A DNA stretch of 53,745 bases, filler included, from Diploschistes diacapsis (taxonomy: Eukaryota), in NCBI GenBank assembly GCA_023645945.1. It is 4 parts of 4 records of this genome, joined end to end, with 100 filler letters (N's around TTAATTAATTAA, not from the genome) between each part and the next. Parts side by side here need not be neighbours in the genome. Positions count along the whole stretch, not along the records: positions 40,398 to 53,745 come from JALAIB010000668.1; 3 more parts are not named here. One strand, 5' to 3'. Positions 52,385 to 53,745 of this stretch are shown one piece after another. The position numbers and the translations under genes were made by a program. Under the pieces are notes generated by a model. That model was given only the letters and a program-made list of their open reading frames with translations, ran no database searches and was not told the DNA's origin. Positions within the stretch are counted from its first letter, which is position 1. Every line of letters begins with the position of its first letter.

Positions 52385-53745
52385 AGCATAGTTATTCTGA
52401 CTGAAATTAATTTTTTTTTACCTCTATTCTTAAACAGGTAGGTGAGCTTTCTTTCTATTATTAAATAAATTTTTTATTCTTTTTTTTTTTTATATAAATT
52501 TTCGAGTATTTCGAAGTTTTATCGAATGTTTAATCTCGAATAATAAGTATTTTAAAGTTTATTATTTGATTAATATAATATCGTAAGATTTAAAGCGTTT
52601 ATTTATCGTCGTTAATGTTATTTTTAACGGGTCGTTAATTTTTACGTTTTCGCTTTTTTTTTTCGTTATTTTTTCTCGTTTCTCGATATTGTTTTTCGGT
52701 TTATACGTCTTTTCCGACGATTTCGTCGCGTAACGAAAACGTTTTTTCGTTATAAACGAAAAATTTACGTTTTCCGTCGCGTAATAAATTATTTTATAAT
52801 TTTTCGTTAATAACGTTTGATTTTTTCGGGATCGTTATAAAACGACGAAGATTTTTTAATATCGTCGATAACAGAAAAAATAAATTATCGATTTATACGT
52901 CGTTAATTTTAATAAAAAAAAAAAGACAACCCGAGACGCGTTAAAATATAAAATAATAATTAAAATTATTTATATATTTAACGACGACGTCGTTTTATCG
53001 CGTATTCGTAAATACGTCGACGTTTACGTCGATAATCTTAAAAAAACCGATCGCGTTAAAATCTCGAATATTTTTATAAATCTCGCGGTTCGATAAATTT
53101 TTTTAAATTTTTCGATCGCCGATATCGCTCGATAATTCCGCGATATTAACGATTTCGATTTTTGTATCGTTATCGAGACCGTTAACGATAAATAATTTTC
53201 CCGTTACGGTATTCGTAACGCCGGCGTCGTTTATTTTAAAACGTATTCAAATACGAAAAAAAAGAACGCGAAAATCGGTTAAAAAAAGTAACGAAAAGTT
53301 ACGTTATAGTTTTTATTAACGTTTCGAAATAAGAACGGCGCGCCGATATAAAAAATCGTTAATATCGAAATTCGTCGCGATAACGGCGTCTTTTTTCCTA
53401 ATTTCGTTTTCGCGAAACGCGCGAGATTCGATATTTTTCGCCGTCGTAATCGTTTCGTTTTAATAAACGCGATTTATAATATTAATCGTTTAAAATAACG
53501 GTTATTTATTTTTATAATTCGATATAAAATCGCGCGTTAATTTTTTATCGCGTATATATTAATATCGAAAAAGAACGGGTGATGTCGTCGTTATTAAGTT
53601 TCGTTAAATAAATTTATTTTTCGTCGAAAGATCTTACGTTTCTTAATAATAAATTAATTAACGATTTATAAATCCGACGTTAATACGTTTTTCGATAAAA
53701 TTTTTAATAAATATTAACGGACGATTTCGTCGTCGAATAATACGT
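52385..53745. mobile_element. Longer copy of the same TIR DNA transposon, heavily RIP-mutated, truncated by window/contig end
   Basis: Begins with the same AGCATAGTTATTCTGACTGAAATTAATTT TIR, is colinear with 18519-19447 (mostly C>T/G>A differences), then continues with sequence absent from the first copy. Confidence 0.88.

Overview
Intron-containing filamentous ascomycete (Pezizomycotina) genomic DNA. The window is four unrelated contigs (1-13384, 13485-26847, 26948-40297, 40398-53745; lengths 13384, 13363, 13350, 13348) joined by artificial N-TTAATTAATTAA-N linkers, so adjacency across linkers is meaningless. It encodes mostly housekeeping genes: amidase, AIM25 scramblase, M1 aminopeptidase, SEN2, NOP10, PEX16, MAK10, ATP15, QCR2, RPC82, a MARVEL protein, MET17, a FlbB-type bZIP, LSM2, PSO2, an amino acid permease, RanGAP, mitochondrial IF3, YIF1 and ATP7. 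Less ordinary features: (i) a mitochondrial IF3 with an apparently duplicated C-terminal domain; (ii) a decaying secondary-metabolism-like block of pseudogenes (O-methyltransferase, UstYa/DUF3328 oxidase, TPP enzyme); (iii) two RIP-mutated copies of one TIR DNA transposon, each just upstream of an OXPHOS gene; (iv) a degenerate intron-containing tRNA-Met(CAT)-like/SINE-like element upstream of MET17; (v) recurring C-rich to G-rich skew switches independent of gene orientation. All calls were made by eye from motifs and hand translation; no database searches were run and splice coordinates are approximate.
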